Part shown: positions 50,679 to 64,000 of the stretch, in pieces | Layout: each line of letters opens with the position of its first letter | Numbering within the stretch: the stretch's first letter is position 1 | Source of the DNA: Octopus sinensis | Taxonomy: Eukaryota | Length of the DNA: 64,000 nucleotides | Reading direction: 5' to 3' | NCBI RefSeq assembly: GCF_006345805.1 | Contig: NC_043004.1 | Location: 65,286,001-65,350,000, forward strand | Translations under genes and position numbers: made by a program | Notes under the pieces: generated by a model | The model's input: the letters and a program-made list of their open reading frames with translations, nothing else | Database searches by the model: none | What the model was told of the DNA's origin: nothing

Positions 50679-51243
50679 GTATATATATACTATAGTCAAT
50701 TCAAATAAAAAAACAATTCAAATTAATATAATACACATATATATGCGAACATATAAATTACTATACATATATACATATATATATATATATAAGTCTGATG
50801 TATAATATGCATACGTACATATGCATGTATATACATACGTGTATATATATAATAATGATGCATATGTATGCATGTAGATATATATAATATACACACGCAC
50901 ACACACACATACAAGCATTATATATATATATATTATTCACATGTACATGTATGTGTGTATGTATATTTATATGTATGTGTGTGTGTGTATACATATATAT
51001 ATATACATATATGTATGTATCTATGTATGTATGTATGTATGTATGTATGTATGTATGCACGTCTAAAGATTCCCTATAGTACATAATTGGAAAATGTCGT
51101 ATTAAGAAATCGTGGTTTAGAACAGAAACAACTACGTTATGGAACAGTGATTTTGGCGATTATTCCAGAACGTACAGTTTCCAGAATTTATTGAAAACAG
51201 GAGCCAACACTTCTTGAATTCGCACTTAACAGTGTTTAAATGA

Positions 51244-51269
<26 letters not shown>

Positions 51270-51283
<14 letters not shown>

Positions 51284-52690
51284 GAAGTTGTGTGAGTGTC
51301 TGTCTCCTACGATTTAGAATCCTAACTACTCCCACATTTTGCGGTGCAGTTTAACCAAATTCGGGTATCTTATAGTCGTGATTCATATGAAGCCCGTCTG
51401 GGTATTAGCGCGCGTCTACAATGAGTCTACGATTTAAAAAATAATTTACCATAATTTTTTTCCATTTTAACGCATATTTTTTAAATAAAGGGCTCACGCC
51501 TGCACCTGTGTTGCTTCTCCCCCTTCTTCCCTCCCTCGTGAAGCTGTGGGGAAGGGAGTGTAAGGAAATCAAGGTCGTAAAGCGTTGTCAAGGAGACCAG
51601 CGTTCTTTTAGAACAACGACTTCATGGCTTGAAGACACCAAAACAGAAATGGCTAAGAAAGCCCGAAAGCAAATTCTGCAAAATCGGGAAACACGCCACA
51701 CAGGGAAGGTTTCCCGCGCAAATAATTTGCACAACCGAATGTTATAGTTGTTGCACAACTTTTACTTAAAAAATATTATCCAAACACAAACTTTATGGCG
51801 ATGGTACTTGTGAAATATGGTAATGGATTTAGTAGCCAAAAGGAGAGAGGAGGCATAGTATGGTGGTGGTGGAGGCGGTGGTAGTGGCAGCGGTGGTGGC
51901 GGTGGTGCTGGTAGTGGTGATGGTGGTCGTCGTGTTTGTGGTGGTGGTGGTGGTGTTGTTGTTGTTGTTGTTGTTGTTGTTGGTGGTGGTGGTTGTCGTG
52001 GTGATGATGGTGGTGGTGGTCGTGGTGGTGGTGGTCTTCGTGATGGTGGTGGTGATGATCATGGGCGTAGTGGTGGTGGTGGTCATGGTGGTAGTGGTGA
52101 TTGTGTTGGTCGTGGTGGTGGTGGTGGCTGAAGCTGTCGTCTGGGTTCTTCCAATTTTTTCGTGTGTCGGTGGCGGAGTTGGCGTCCACGCTCAAACACC
52201 TGCACCTGTGTAGCTCCTCCCCTTCTTCCCTCCCTCGTGAAGCTGTGGGGAAGGCAGGGTAGGGAAATCAACGTCGTAATGCGTTGTCAAGGAGACCAGC
52301 GTTCTTTTAGAACAACGACTTCATGGCTTGAAGTCACCAAAACAGAAATCGCTAAAAACGCTGAAACCAAAAGCGGGTATCTTATAGTCGTGGTTCATAT
52401 CGAGCCCTTCTTGGTAATAACGCGCGTCTACGATTAGTCTACGATTAGTCTACGATTTAAAAAAAAATTTACCATCATTTTTTCCATTTTAATGCATTTT
52501 TTCGCTATTATATAAGGGAAGTAACTCTCTAAAAATGTATACTATGAGTCAACGATTTAAAAAAAAAATACCATCATTTTTTATATTCCATTTTTAATGC
52601 ATTTTTTTGCTATTTTTTTGCTATAACTCTCTAAAAATGCTTATATAGTTATTTCCCTTACAAACCCGAGCAACGCCGGGCGATACTGCT

Positions 52691-52692
<2 letters not shown>
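51270..52692 (+). mobile_element. Non-autonomous Helitron (~1.4 kb) with internal duplications
   Basis: 3' hairpin then CTTG (mutated CTAG) at 52689-52692; ~165-bp direct repeat (~51496 and ~52197) and ~120-bp repeat (~51360 and ~52375); internal (GGT/GTT)n; 5' end hidden in (TA)n. Confidence 0.7.
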
Positions 52693-52729
<37 letters not shown>

Positions 52730-52733
52730 TTAA

Positions 52734-53060
52734 CAATTAAGGATAACTTCTTAATAAGGAATCTTAACAAGAAATTATCAGGTAGATAGCGTGAAAAACC
52801 TCATATGAGAAAAAATTTCGAAAATAATTCTTTCTTATTGAAAATATTAATTTATATATAGAGGGCATTATTACACATACATGCCAACTGCGGTAAGTAC
52901 GAAATCACAGGTGATACAAGACTAAATTCATTTTTTAAATGTCTTGCTTTGAAAAATTGCATTGGGTATGATTAGTAAAATTTTTTGGTAGAAATGACTA
53001 ATGTCCCTCTTAGCGTGTGGCATGTATGTGTAATAATGCCCTCTATATATAAATTATATA
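52734..53060 (+). mobile_element. Second copy of the 37731-38450 PLE-like family, with a truncated hammerhead (52897-52922)
   Basis: Inverted 5' part 52734-52886; GTAC-GAAA-TCACAGGTGA-TA-CAAGAC; downstream colinear with 38290-38430. Confidence 0.75.
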
Positions 53061-53119
53061 TATAATTAATATATTATATATACTATTATATAATATATAT
53101 ATATATATTATTCTTCATC

Positions 53120-53684
53120 CTTTGATTTGTTGGAGACATATGACTGCGGCCATGTTGGAGCACTTCGAACAAATTGACTCCACGACTTATTCTATCGCTA
53201 TCTTTAGCCGAACCGCTAGTTTACGAGGACGTAAACACACCAACAACAGTTATCAAGCATGTATATATATGTTTTCGACGGGCTTCTTTCAGTTTCGGTC
53301 TACCAAATCCAATCACAAGTGTTTGGTAGGCCCCAGGCTATAGTAGAAGACTCTTGTCCAAGGTACCACGCACTGGAGCTGAACCCAAAACAATGTGGTT
53401 GGGAAACAAGCTTCTTGTTTCTTTATTGCCCACCAGGGGCTAAACACAGGGGAGATAAACAAGGACAGACAAACGGATTAAATCGATTATATCGACCCCA
53501 GTGCGTAACTGGTACTTATTTAATCGACCCCGAAAGATTGAAAGGCAAAGTCGACCTCGGCGGAATTTGAACTCAGAACATAAAGACAGACGAAATACCG
53601 CTAAGCATTTCGCCCGGCATTCTAACGTTTCTGCCAGCGGTGTGGGAAACAAGCTTCTTACCACACAGCTGCACCACGCCTGCC
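53120..53684 (-). mobile_element. SINE family A split by a B-SINE insertion
   Basis: Head 53643-53684; remainder 53120-53416. Confidence 0.8.
53417..53642 (-). mobile_element. SINE family B, tail T2, with a 17-bp TSD
   Basis: TGGGAAACAAGCTTCTT at 53400-53416 and 53643-53659. Confidence 0.9.
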
Positions 53685-54277
53685 CGTATGGGCCCTGGAA
53701 GCATGTGGCTGAGAAGCAAGCTTTTTACCACACTGTGTGGCACTTTGGGCAAGCGTCTTCTAGTACAGGATAATGTGGAGACGCATTGCTTAGTAGGTAG
53801 GGTGTTGGACTCATGATTGTAAAATTGTGGTTTCAATTCTTGGACCAGGTGACACTTCCTTTCACTTTGTTCCAGTCCACAAAAATAGTAAAAATGACTT
53901 ATCTTGCGTCAGCATTGGTGTACCGTCAAGGGGGGAATACGTACGCCAGAGAAATCTCGAACCCTTAAGAAGCGACCTGGACTAACCATAGCCTAATGTA
54001 GTTCCAGATACCTTATACATGAGATGATAACCATTTTGTCCATGTCCTAAAATCATTTATTCTTAAGGAATAAATGTTAATGTTAAACAATACAACGACT
54101 GCTAGGCAACATAAAAACCATTAATCAATAAAGCTAGAGTTGAGAACAACAAAGACTCGAACGTGTGTTTGGGTATATATATATATATACATACATGTAC
54201 ATATATATAGAAAATGTAAAAATTAATATCAATATCCTTATAAATACATGTTTATACACACACAGACACCACATATG

Positions 54278-54308
<31 letters not shown>

Positions 54309-55499
54309 ATACATATACATGTACATATATATAGAAAATATCATAACAATTGATACGAATATCCTCATAAATACATCTTAATACAACATTATGAAGGTTA
54401 TTCAAAATTAGTGAAGTTCAAATAGAGTATATGAAATATTACCAGTTTATAAACGCTGAGAGAAGCGACGCCTAATTTGAATTCAGTCTAAGACAATCCT
54501 TAATTTATTCTACATAGGATCTTTTCCTTTAAGAAATGTATTATATAATTACTTCTATATCAATTTCATTAAATTTTAATGGAAACTTTGCAATAAGGTG
54601 TTGGCATAAATTTAGAGAGACATTCAAGAAAATAATATATACTTATAACGCTCGAACAAATAACATAAGTTGATTCCTACGACACTAGTGATTTGCCCGA
54701 TCTACCAATAGAGACATTCATTTTACTATTAAAGGGGTAAAATTGTAAGTGAGAAATAAATGCGAGTGCTAATTATTGTATGTTAGGTTACCACGTAACT
54801 GACTTTTGTTTGCTTGTTGTATTATAATATATGGCTGTTTTGATTGTCTTTTAATCCCAAGGCGACCCGGATTGAAGAAAGCAAAATTTCTACCCCTGTC
54901 CGTTCTTATGTCACATAATTTCAGATATAGATCTAAATCATGTAATACATTTATTTTTATAACAAAATGGAAATTTGACTGCTATTTCTATTACATGAAT
55001 AAACCATGTAAAGGTATTTTCGGTGATTGTATTTCCTGTTTTATTCTTTTGAACACAGAAGCAATTTATGTAACACTAATTGATCCATTAGCTATGTTAG
55101 TTACTGCAACGTATTTGTGGACATATATTGAAACAGAAAAAGACCAAGTATGTTTGTTCGTATATTTTAATGACGTGATTCGAAGAAAGGGTGTGAGGCA
55201 TTGACAATTCGCAAATATCCAGAGCTTGACTTTTAAAAGTTAACCAATTACAGGGCATTTCAGCGTATAAATAAATTTAATCTACAAAATATATTAGTTT
55301 ATTTTTTATTTGTTAATAAACGAAGAATAGCTTTGAAGGGTTTCCATTGTGAATTTCTCCTCACATCATTCAACCAGTTCGTGTTTATATTTATAATAGA
55401 CGTATGATATAATATTGAATATATATATATAATACGTATATATTATAATAGTTAGATAGATAGATAGAGTCATAGTTGGATAGATAGATTCATGCTTGC

Positions 55500-55550
<51 letters not shown>

Positions 55551-55639
55551 GTATGTATATATATATACATATATGTATATGTATATATATGCATGCATAC
55601 ACACACACACACACCACACACACACACACACACACAACA

Positions 55640-55691
<52 letters not shown>

Positions 55692-56162
55692 AAAAGTAAT
55701 GTAAGGTCTGTTTGTCGATATTTACAATGCCAGACGATGAAGCAAATATTTCCGGATTTTGGCCTCGTTCTAGTTAACATAATGTTTGCCTGTCTAGTAA
55801 TTATTTGTAGATCAATTTCTTTAATAACCACAGACAACGTTTACATACTGTGAATATCGGTAGTTATTGCTTGCAAACCAATCACTGCTGAAAGTTTATA
55901 ATCCACAGGTTAAGTTTGCATTATCTAGGTTTCTAAGCTTTGTGATTTTATTTTGTTTGACTCTGAGTCTGCCTGTCTCTGTCTGTCTCCTATCAGGCTG
56001 TCTGTGCAAATCTCTCTCTCCCTCCCTCTCTCTCTCACTCTCTCCCTCACTGCCCCTCTCCCCCTCTCTCTCTATATATATATGAATATATATGTGTATA
56101 TATATATATGTATATATATATGAATATATATACACATACATATCTATATCTGTTTCTTTCAC

Positions 56163-56195
<33 letters not shown>

Positions 56196-56298
56196 TTATC
56201 TGATCTATTTATCTATCTATGTATGTATCTATTTATCTATAAGTATCTATCGTTCTATGTATCTATGGATCTATCTATATATATATATACATATGTAA

Positions 56299-56354
<56 letters not shown>

Positions 56355-56370
56355 GAGAGAGGGAGAGAGA

Positions 56371-56415
<45 letters not shown>

Positions 56416-57131
56416 TGAGATAAATATATATATGTGTGTGTGTGTGTGTACACATATCTGTCTATCTATCTAGCTAGCTATATATATATACATATGCGCA
56501 CGTATATGTGTCTGTAATTATTTATAGACATCCTATGCAAACATATCAATGTATACACTTACTTTTCCATCTAGGTTTGTGTATAGCGCTCTGTCCATGT
56601 ATATAATTCTCATATGTGTGTGTCTATCAAGCACTCACCATACATACTTTATCTGTCGACAGGCAAACGCGTGTAACGGCACATGGTCACGTATATCTCC
56701 AACCACAAATGGATAGGAAAAGCAAACGCACGCAACCCTCCATATAATACATACATACACACATACATTCATACATACGTACAAACATATATACATATAT
56801 GTGTACATACATACATACCTATATATATATACACATATATATATATATGTATATATATATATGCAAATATATATGTATAAATATATAAAAATATATGGGA
56901 ATATATATAGGTGCACTATATATGTATATGCACTATGTATATATATATAATATATACATATATGTATTGTATATATATATATATTATATATATATATACA
57001 TATGTATGTATATGTATATATATATATACATATACACATACCTGAATGTATTATATGTATACAGGCAAATATATATATATACGCACACACTAAAAACATA
57101 CATATACACAATATCTCTATTCTACCTTCCC

Positions 57132-57172
<41 letters not shown>

Positions 57173-57285
57173 CTATCGGTCTATCTATCTATCGTCTGTC
57201 TGTCTTTCTATCTCTCTATCTATGTAATATATATGTATGTATGTTACATAATATATATGTACGTATGGATATATAATATACATAC

Positions 57286-57319
<34 letters not shown>

Positions 57320-57320
57320 G

Positions 57321-57395
<75 letters not shown>

Positions 57396-57428
57396 TATAC
57401 ATATATGCGTATATATATATATATAATA

Positions 57429-57475
<47 letters not shown>

Positions 57476-57935
57476 TTTGATTCGTTCGATCTATTGCAAA
57501 GTTGTATAAAGCTATATAACTAAAACATTTTCATTAATCAGAAATTGTTGTGTGTATGCGTATGCGGGAATTAGTATGTATTTAGTGTAAGCAAACATAA
57601 TATAAAACACGAACATCGCAGTAAAATACCAGCATGAAAACCAATAACAGTGAATTTTTCATTAGTAATATGTTCAAAATCCCAGCACAGCAGACCCTCC
57701 ATAAGAATAATTACTATTTGCCACTGTTGACTTATGTCGGTCTATCTTTCACTCCATTCCCTGTTTTCAATCTTCGCAATGACAAGAGTACATCGTATAT
57801 CATTACATTATCTTATTTTACTATATTTAGTATATTTAGCGTATCAAATGAAGTGTGTATCTGATGTTTGTATATGTATGTTTTAGTTTATATATACATA
57901 TATATATACGCTTGCATGTTTGTTTGTGTGTGTGT

Positions 57936-58005
<70 letters not shown>

Positions 58006-58104
58006 TAAGCCTATAAATATATATATAGTGTAAGCCTATAAATATATATGCATTAAATATTACCTGTAAATATAATACATATATATCATATTCATTAAAT
58101 ATAG

Positions 58105-59287
58105 TAGAGTCGGGTGAAAATTGGTTGACTCTCTCTGAATATGAAGAAATGAGATTTATTTTTCAATATATTTCACTTTATTGTCCACGCATTTCTTCCA
58201 TTGGCGCCGCATTACTTGGATCTCTTTGTTGAATAAGCTTCATCCTGTTGGTCAAAGATGCCATCAACAGCAGGTACAACGTCATAATCACTGCCATGTT
58301 CTAGTTCCCAGCAAATTGTTTTTTCATGTTGGAGAAAAGATGATAGGCAGATGGGGTCATAATTAGTAGAATAGGGAGGCTAATAAACCAGTTCAAGCAC
58401 AGTCACGCATAGCGGACATTAAAAGCAAGGATTTGTGTGTTGGAACATTTTTCTCATGAAAAAAGACCATTTTTGTCAGTTTACTGGACGTTTGGTCTTG
58501 ATAGGCTTTGGTAACTGCCTCAACAAGTTAGCATCGTATTCTCCATTGATGGTGTGGCTCTTTTGAAGATAGCCAATAAACAATGCTTTTTCCATACTCC
58601 AAATAGCGATCCATCACCTTCCCTACAGATGAAACGACATAAATCTTCTTTGGAGCATGTGAGGTGGAGCATCGACTCTGTCTCTGGCTCGAAATGTTAT
58701 GAATCCAACACTCATCCTGGGTTAGGAAACGTTCAAAGAAATCAACTGGATCTGCCTCAGATGATGCCAGATTTGCCCAGCTTGGTGCCTTTTGGTCAGG
58801 TCTCAGATTTGCGGCCGACTGAGCAGAAACCTTCGTCATGCCAAGTTTATTGTGCAGAATATCCTCAACTCTCTCGCGGAATACGCTAATGGCATCGTCT
58901 CTGTGACTTATGGTCATTACCTGTCATTCCACACCATGCGGTGAACGCAATGTTTTCCTCGGTGGCCGCAGTTGTAAGACGTCCTGACCTTGGGTCATCC
59001 TCAACACTGTCCCCTCCTGATGTAGCAATCGTGTCAGCATGAATGTTATTTGGAGGGTAAACTCTTTTTCTGAAGGTAGTTCTTAACACCATAATACAAA
59101 ATTTTGTCCATTTTTCAAGAGAAATCGCTACTAGGAACATTAGAAGTCTTCTTTGAAGAATTAGACATCAGCGCACCTGAAAAGAAGCAATGTAGTTATT
59201 ATCAAGCGTGGAAATTAACGCCTGTAAGATTTCACAGCTTTAGCATGACTGGTTTATAGTCAGCCTATGAACTTTTGATCCCTCATA
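58105..59287 (-). mobile_element. Decayed mariner (Tc1/mariner) transposon
   Basis: EDDPRSGR, ILHNKLGMTKVSA, FLTQDECWIH and KVM motifs across frameshifts; degenerate TIRs. Confidence 0.88.
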
Positions 59288-59799
59288 TATCATATTCATG
59301 TTACGTACAAACACACACGTACGCGCGCGCGCACACACACACATATTTATGAGAATATATATATATGTATGTATGTATACTGTGTTTCTCTGTTATCTTG
59401 GTGCGATACGGTGAATACATTTAAGACTTTAGCTCTTATTTCTAGCAGGTGGATGCTTGTTTAAGCATCCTAACGCTTCGTACAAATTTATAATTCATAG
59501 CTATTCAATGCTATTGCGCCTGCGATCCACCTATGTCACTGATGGTGATATCATCAATTTTAAAATTTATCCACAAATGATATGAACAGTAATGACATCT
59601 GATTTCAAATCTCAGTGTTTGAATGTTTCGCTAATATATATATATATATATGCATTTAATTTGTTTTGGGCAAATGTTTCTAAATGCGCTTGTAAAAACC
59701 CTTATGCTTCGAGTTGTCGGCTACCAGATTTATATATATATATATGTATATACCTGAAATTTTTTCTGTAAAAAACTTCATCCTATATTAGTGTATATA

Positions 59800-59849
<50 letters not shown>

Positions 59850-61021
59850 ATATCTATATATATATATAATCATATATTTATATATTTATATATGTTATAT
59901 GTATGTATGTATGCGTATATGCACACACTTAATACTCTGGACCACCTTGGTCAACACACTGCAAACGCAATGAAAGAAGACGGTTAAAAGCATAATTTAG
60001 ACCTTGCATAAGTATATGAATGAAACTATGCAAAAAGAAATTTTTTTATCGTTAAATATAGCGATTTTCTCTATCTTCTATGAAAGACGAAACTAGCCAT
60101 TTTGTCCTCCAACGAAAAATCTACAAGAATATCTTTGATAAAGAGAGTAATTGCATATCTGTTAAATATGGTTATAACCTCGCATGCTCATTTAAAAATC
60201 GTAGAGATTCGTGTTTTATGAATATATTATATCTAATTTCATGGATAAATTTATAGATCTTCCGTAAGACTCTTTCGTTATACTAAAGAATTTCAATCAT
60301 GTTTTCAATTTCATGCCACATTTAAAATGTTTTATAGCGTAACACTCGAGCGCATACCGTGACAGGTAAAATAATTTTATAGATGTTAACATTTGGTAGG
60401 GATTTTCATAAGTGGAAATAATTTCAGTAACTTAGCAAAGGAAAGTGTACGTGGTCACTGGACCTTAATTTACGCTACCATCTTTAATAAATTATAGAGG
60501 ATTCGTTGATGGATGAGACGTTTTGGCGCAGCCGTTTGTCGCTGCCTTTTTGGAATCAAATATTGTAATATTTCTTCCGCACTCTCTCCTTTTCTCTGTC
60601 TGTGTTTATGTATATGGGGTTAGTTCTGTGTGTTTATGAGGAAAATGAAAGTGTTCATGTCAATTGTATTCAGTTAATCAATTGTAAGGACATTTTCCCC
60701 TGCCATCCTCTCTGTTTCAAACACTCCCTGTTCGTATATGCTTGTTTCTACGCTCATGTGCATGTGTTTGTACGTGAGTGTGTGTGCGTGTGTATGGTTG
60801 ACTTCTGTGCCACAAAGCATTGTTGCCAAAACAGGTTGGGTGTCCAGTGAACTGTGTCAAATCGTCAACCTCCCTGAATCATCTCATTGCGTCGAATGAA
60901 ATAAACTGGAGAATAGACACGATGCACACGATCTCTACCTTCAATTCTACAAAACAAAAACAAACAAAACATGTACCGCAAAATATATTACTATGAACAA
61001 AATTATATGTATATATATATA

Positions 61022-61185
61022 GGCGTAGCTGTGTGGTAAGGAGCTTGCTTACCAACCACATGGTTCCGGGTAAAGTCCCACTGCGTGGCACCTTGGGAAG
61101 GTGTCTTCTACTATAGCCTCGGGCCGACGAAAGCCTTGTGAGTGGATTTGGTAGACGGAAACTGAAAGAATCCCGTCGTATATAG

Positions 61186-61225
<40 letters not shown>

Positions 61226-61502
61226 GTGTGTTATGTGTATATATATATATAATATATATATATATTATATATATATATATATATTATATAATAGTATGTG
61301 ATATGTTTGTGTGTCTGTGTTTATCCTCCCAACATCGCTTGACAACCAATGCTGTTTACGTCCCCGTAACTTAGAGGTTCCGCAAAAGAGACCGATAGAA
61401 TACGTACTAGGCTTACAAAGAATAAGTCCTGGGGTCGATTTCCTCGATTAAAGGTGGTGCTCCAGTATGGCCACAGTCAAATGACTGAAACAAGTAAAAG
61501 AG
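61022..61502 (+). mobile_element. SINE family A
   Basis: Near full-length homology. Confidence 0.9.
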
Positions 61503-62396
61503 TATATATATATATATGAAAATGTGGAAAGAAATATAAATTTTCGATGAACGTAAACAGGCACTTAAATGGATTTGTTTCTTCCATTGTTAAACGCTCA
61601 ATTTTTGAATTCGAAAATACATGCACCATCATGGCACACGACGTATCATGGGCAATTAAAAAGCCATGGTGCTCTTCCCAGGTCTGCTGCAGCAGATTTC
61701 TCTCTGAGTAAATATTCATCTTCTGCCATCGAACGAAGTCATAGCGTTACATCGTTCTGACATCCTCATAGTGTTTTCTTGGCAAAAATATGACGGTGGT
61801 CTGCAACTAGATGACTATTGGCCTGCAAGGAGCTCATCCGATTTTCGACAGTTCCGCTTTTTAGTCCTGCTGTGTGTCCAGGCACGCTTCTCAGGAGAGG
61901 AATAGGCTACTCAAGCAAAGGGGCATGTTACAAAATTCGCAATAGGGCCTCTATCATTGACGAAAGTAAACAAACACTCGTCAAGCCTTGGGATCGATTT
62001 ATTTGACTATGCTCCTTCCCCAAACCTACTTAAAGAAAGAAAGAAAAAAGCATATACTTCTATCTGTTAGAAAATCATTATTTGTTTTTATAGTAAAAAA
62101 AAAAATGGTTCGTGGAAAATAAATCGGAATATATGTGGAATGCCTGGGTGGGTGGTTGGACTAAGTATGATTTGAAGATGAAAGCAAAAAACAAATGAAT
62201 AAAAAAAACGAAAAATTAGATAGAAATACGTAATAAGCTGGGAAAATGGAGACCGGAGTACTTGTGTGTATGTGTGTGTGTGTGTGTGTGTTTGCTTGTG
62301 TGCGTATCTGTTGATCGAGTGCCTGTGTATGTTGCATATCTGGGCATTTATATGCGTATATACGTATATAAATACATAGACATATCCCTCTATCTT

Positions 62397-62456
<60 letters not shown>

Positions 62457-62549
62457 AACTAGTAACTAGCGAGCTAGCTCTCTCTCTCTTTGTTCACCCT
62501 TCTCTCACTCACTCACTCTCTCTCTCTCTCTGCATATGTATGTATATAT

Positions 62550-62601
<52 letters not shown>

Positions 62602-63097
62602 TATTTATATATCTAGGTCGCACAGAGAGATAAAGAGAGGGATATAGAAAGGGAGATAAAAATATATGGTATGTTGTCAATATTTACCATAAAGAATAAA
62701 AAATGGGAAAGGAAAAACAGCAGCATTAGACAGAATTAAAGAGAACTATACGCAGGGAGAGAGATTTTTTTGTGGAGGAAAAAAAAGCTGTTCAAAGAAT
62801 GATAGATTGGTAATTATTATTCCAAAGTATGGTGAAGAATAAATAGGTTATATTTACTGAAAAATCTGTTGAAGAATTCAATAAATCTTATCAAAATTAA
62901 ATACTTGTTGGCACATCTCGCCTAATATCGACATTTGAGTCTTATAGGTACATCATATGTGTGTGAGTGAAAGTCGGTGTATGCGTGGAAGTCCATGTAT
63001 GCTTACCCGTTTTATGTGGGTATCTCTCTATCTCTTTCTCACTCTCTCCTTCTGTCTGTCTGTCTCTGTCTCTGTCTCTTCCCTCTCTCTCTCTCTC

Positions 63098-63129
<32 letters not shown>

Positions 63130-63254
63130 CATGTGTGTTCGTATGCACGTTTGTGTATGCAAATATTATTAAATGGGCGTATGCAAATATTAATACGCAG
63201 ACACCTTCATATACACACGTATTTATGCATGTATGTACGCAAGCATGCATGTCT

Positions 63255-63289
<35 letters not shown>

Positions 63290-63524
63290 CATATACTTTA
63301 ACATACATTCATTCACACGCATATATATACATATAATATACATTCATACATACATACTTAAATACACGAATACATACATACATCACGTGTGCGTATGAGT
63401 TTATCTGCGTATCATTATTCGCATACGCGGTCACCAGTCATCTCGCCATGTTGGATCGTTGAACGCAGCATACTTTCCTCTCTCCGTTTTTTTTTAATTC
63501 TCCCACCATTCCTCCCTCTTAATC

Positions 63525-63560
63525 CTTTCTGTCGAAGAACGTAGGCTCGAAACGTAAAAG
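63525..63560 (+). ncRNA. Minimal hammerhead-like motif (A6U, extra A)
   Basis: CTTT-CTGTCGA-A-GAAC GTAG GCTC-GAAA-CG-TA-AAAG. Confidence 0.55.
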
Positions 63561-63656
63561 ACCTTTCCATTCTTGCCGAGCGTTAAACTAATACACCTGC
63601 TTGTTTTTCCTACACCTGTTTTCGTATTTTGTTTCCTGTTAATTTGAACTATATTA

Positions 63657-63788
<132 letters not shown>

Positions 63789-63789
63789 A

Positions 63790-63820
<31 letters not shown>

Positions 63821-63960
63821 ATGTGTGTATATATACGTGCATATATATATATACATATACATGCATATATATATATATATATATGCATATACATAGACAC
63901 ACACACCCAAACTAGTGACGAACTACACGATTAAGTACTGGACTCGAAGACAGTGGAAAA

Positions 63961-64000
63961 GCTGTTGCTTAGTGAGTGGGATTGACTCAGTGCACAGCCT
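63961..64000 (+). mobile_element. Start of a second copy of the 29616-30166 element's 3' part
   Basis: 39/40 identical to 30024-30063. Confidence 0.7.

Noticed and set aside
61560-61990. Non-repetitive, GC-richer stretch as a host exon
   Set aside because: All frames are short or unrecognisable, and no convincing splice pair was found

Overview
AT-rich, microsatellite-dense animal DNA, very likely an octopus (coleoid cephalopod) intron or intergenic region. The taxon is inferred from the recognisable tRNA-derived SINE families and is not verified. No host protein-coding exon could be supported; almost all ORFs in the track are translated microsatellites. Conventional TEs: a full-length decayed R4/Dong (RLE-type) LINE inside an (AAT)n pile-up, a Chapaev3-type transposase remnant, two mariner relics, Helitron ends and a helicase fragment, and about 40 SINE copies (working names A, B, C, G, E, P). 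Two systems stand out. (1) Nine type I hammerhead-ribozyme motifs from about seven unrelated short non-coding elements, most with Penelope-like (PLE) architecture: a 5' inverted copy of the 3' end, partial tandem redundancy, and (TA)n neighbours. One of these families is a tRNA-headed SINE with a hammerhead tail. (2) An apparent L1/Tx1-type machinery that inserts at fixed positions inside SINE heads. Three different passengers split the A-SINE head at the same bond, and a LINE 3' fragment plus tail-sharing B-SINE copies stack at one site in the B-SINE head, building 184-bp arrays. All structures were read by eye; no folding, alignment or database search was run, and SINE boundaries are approximate.
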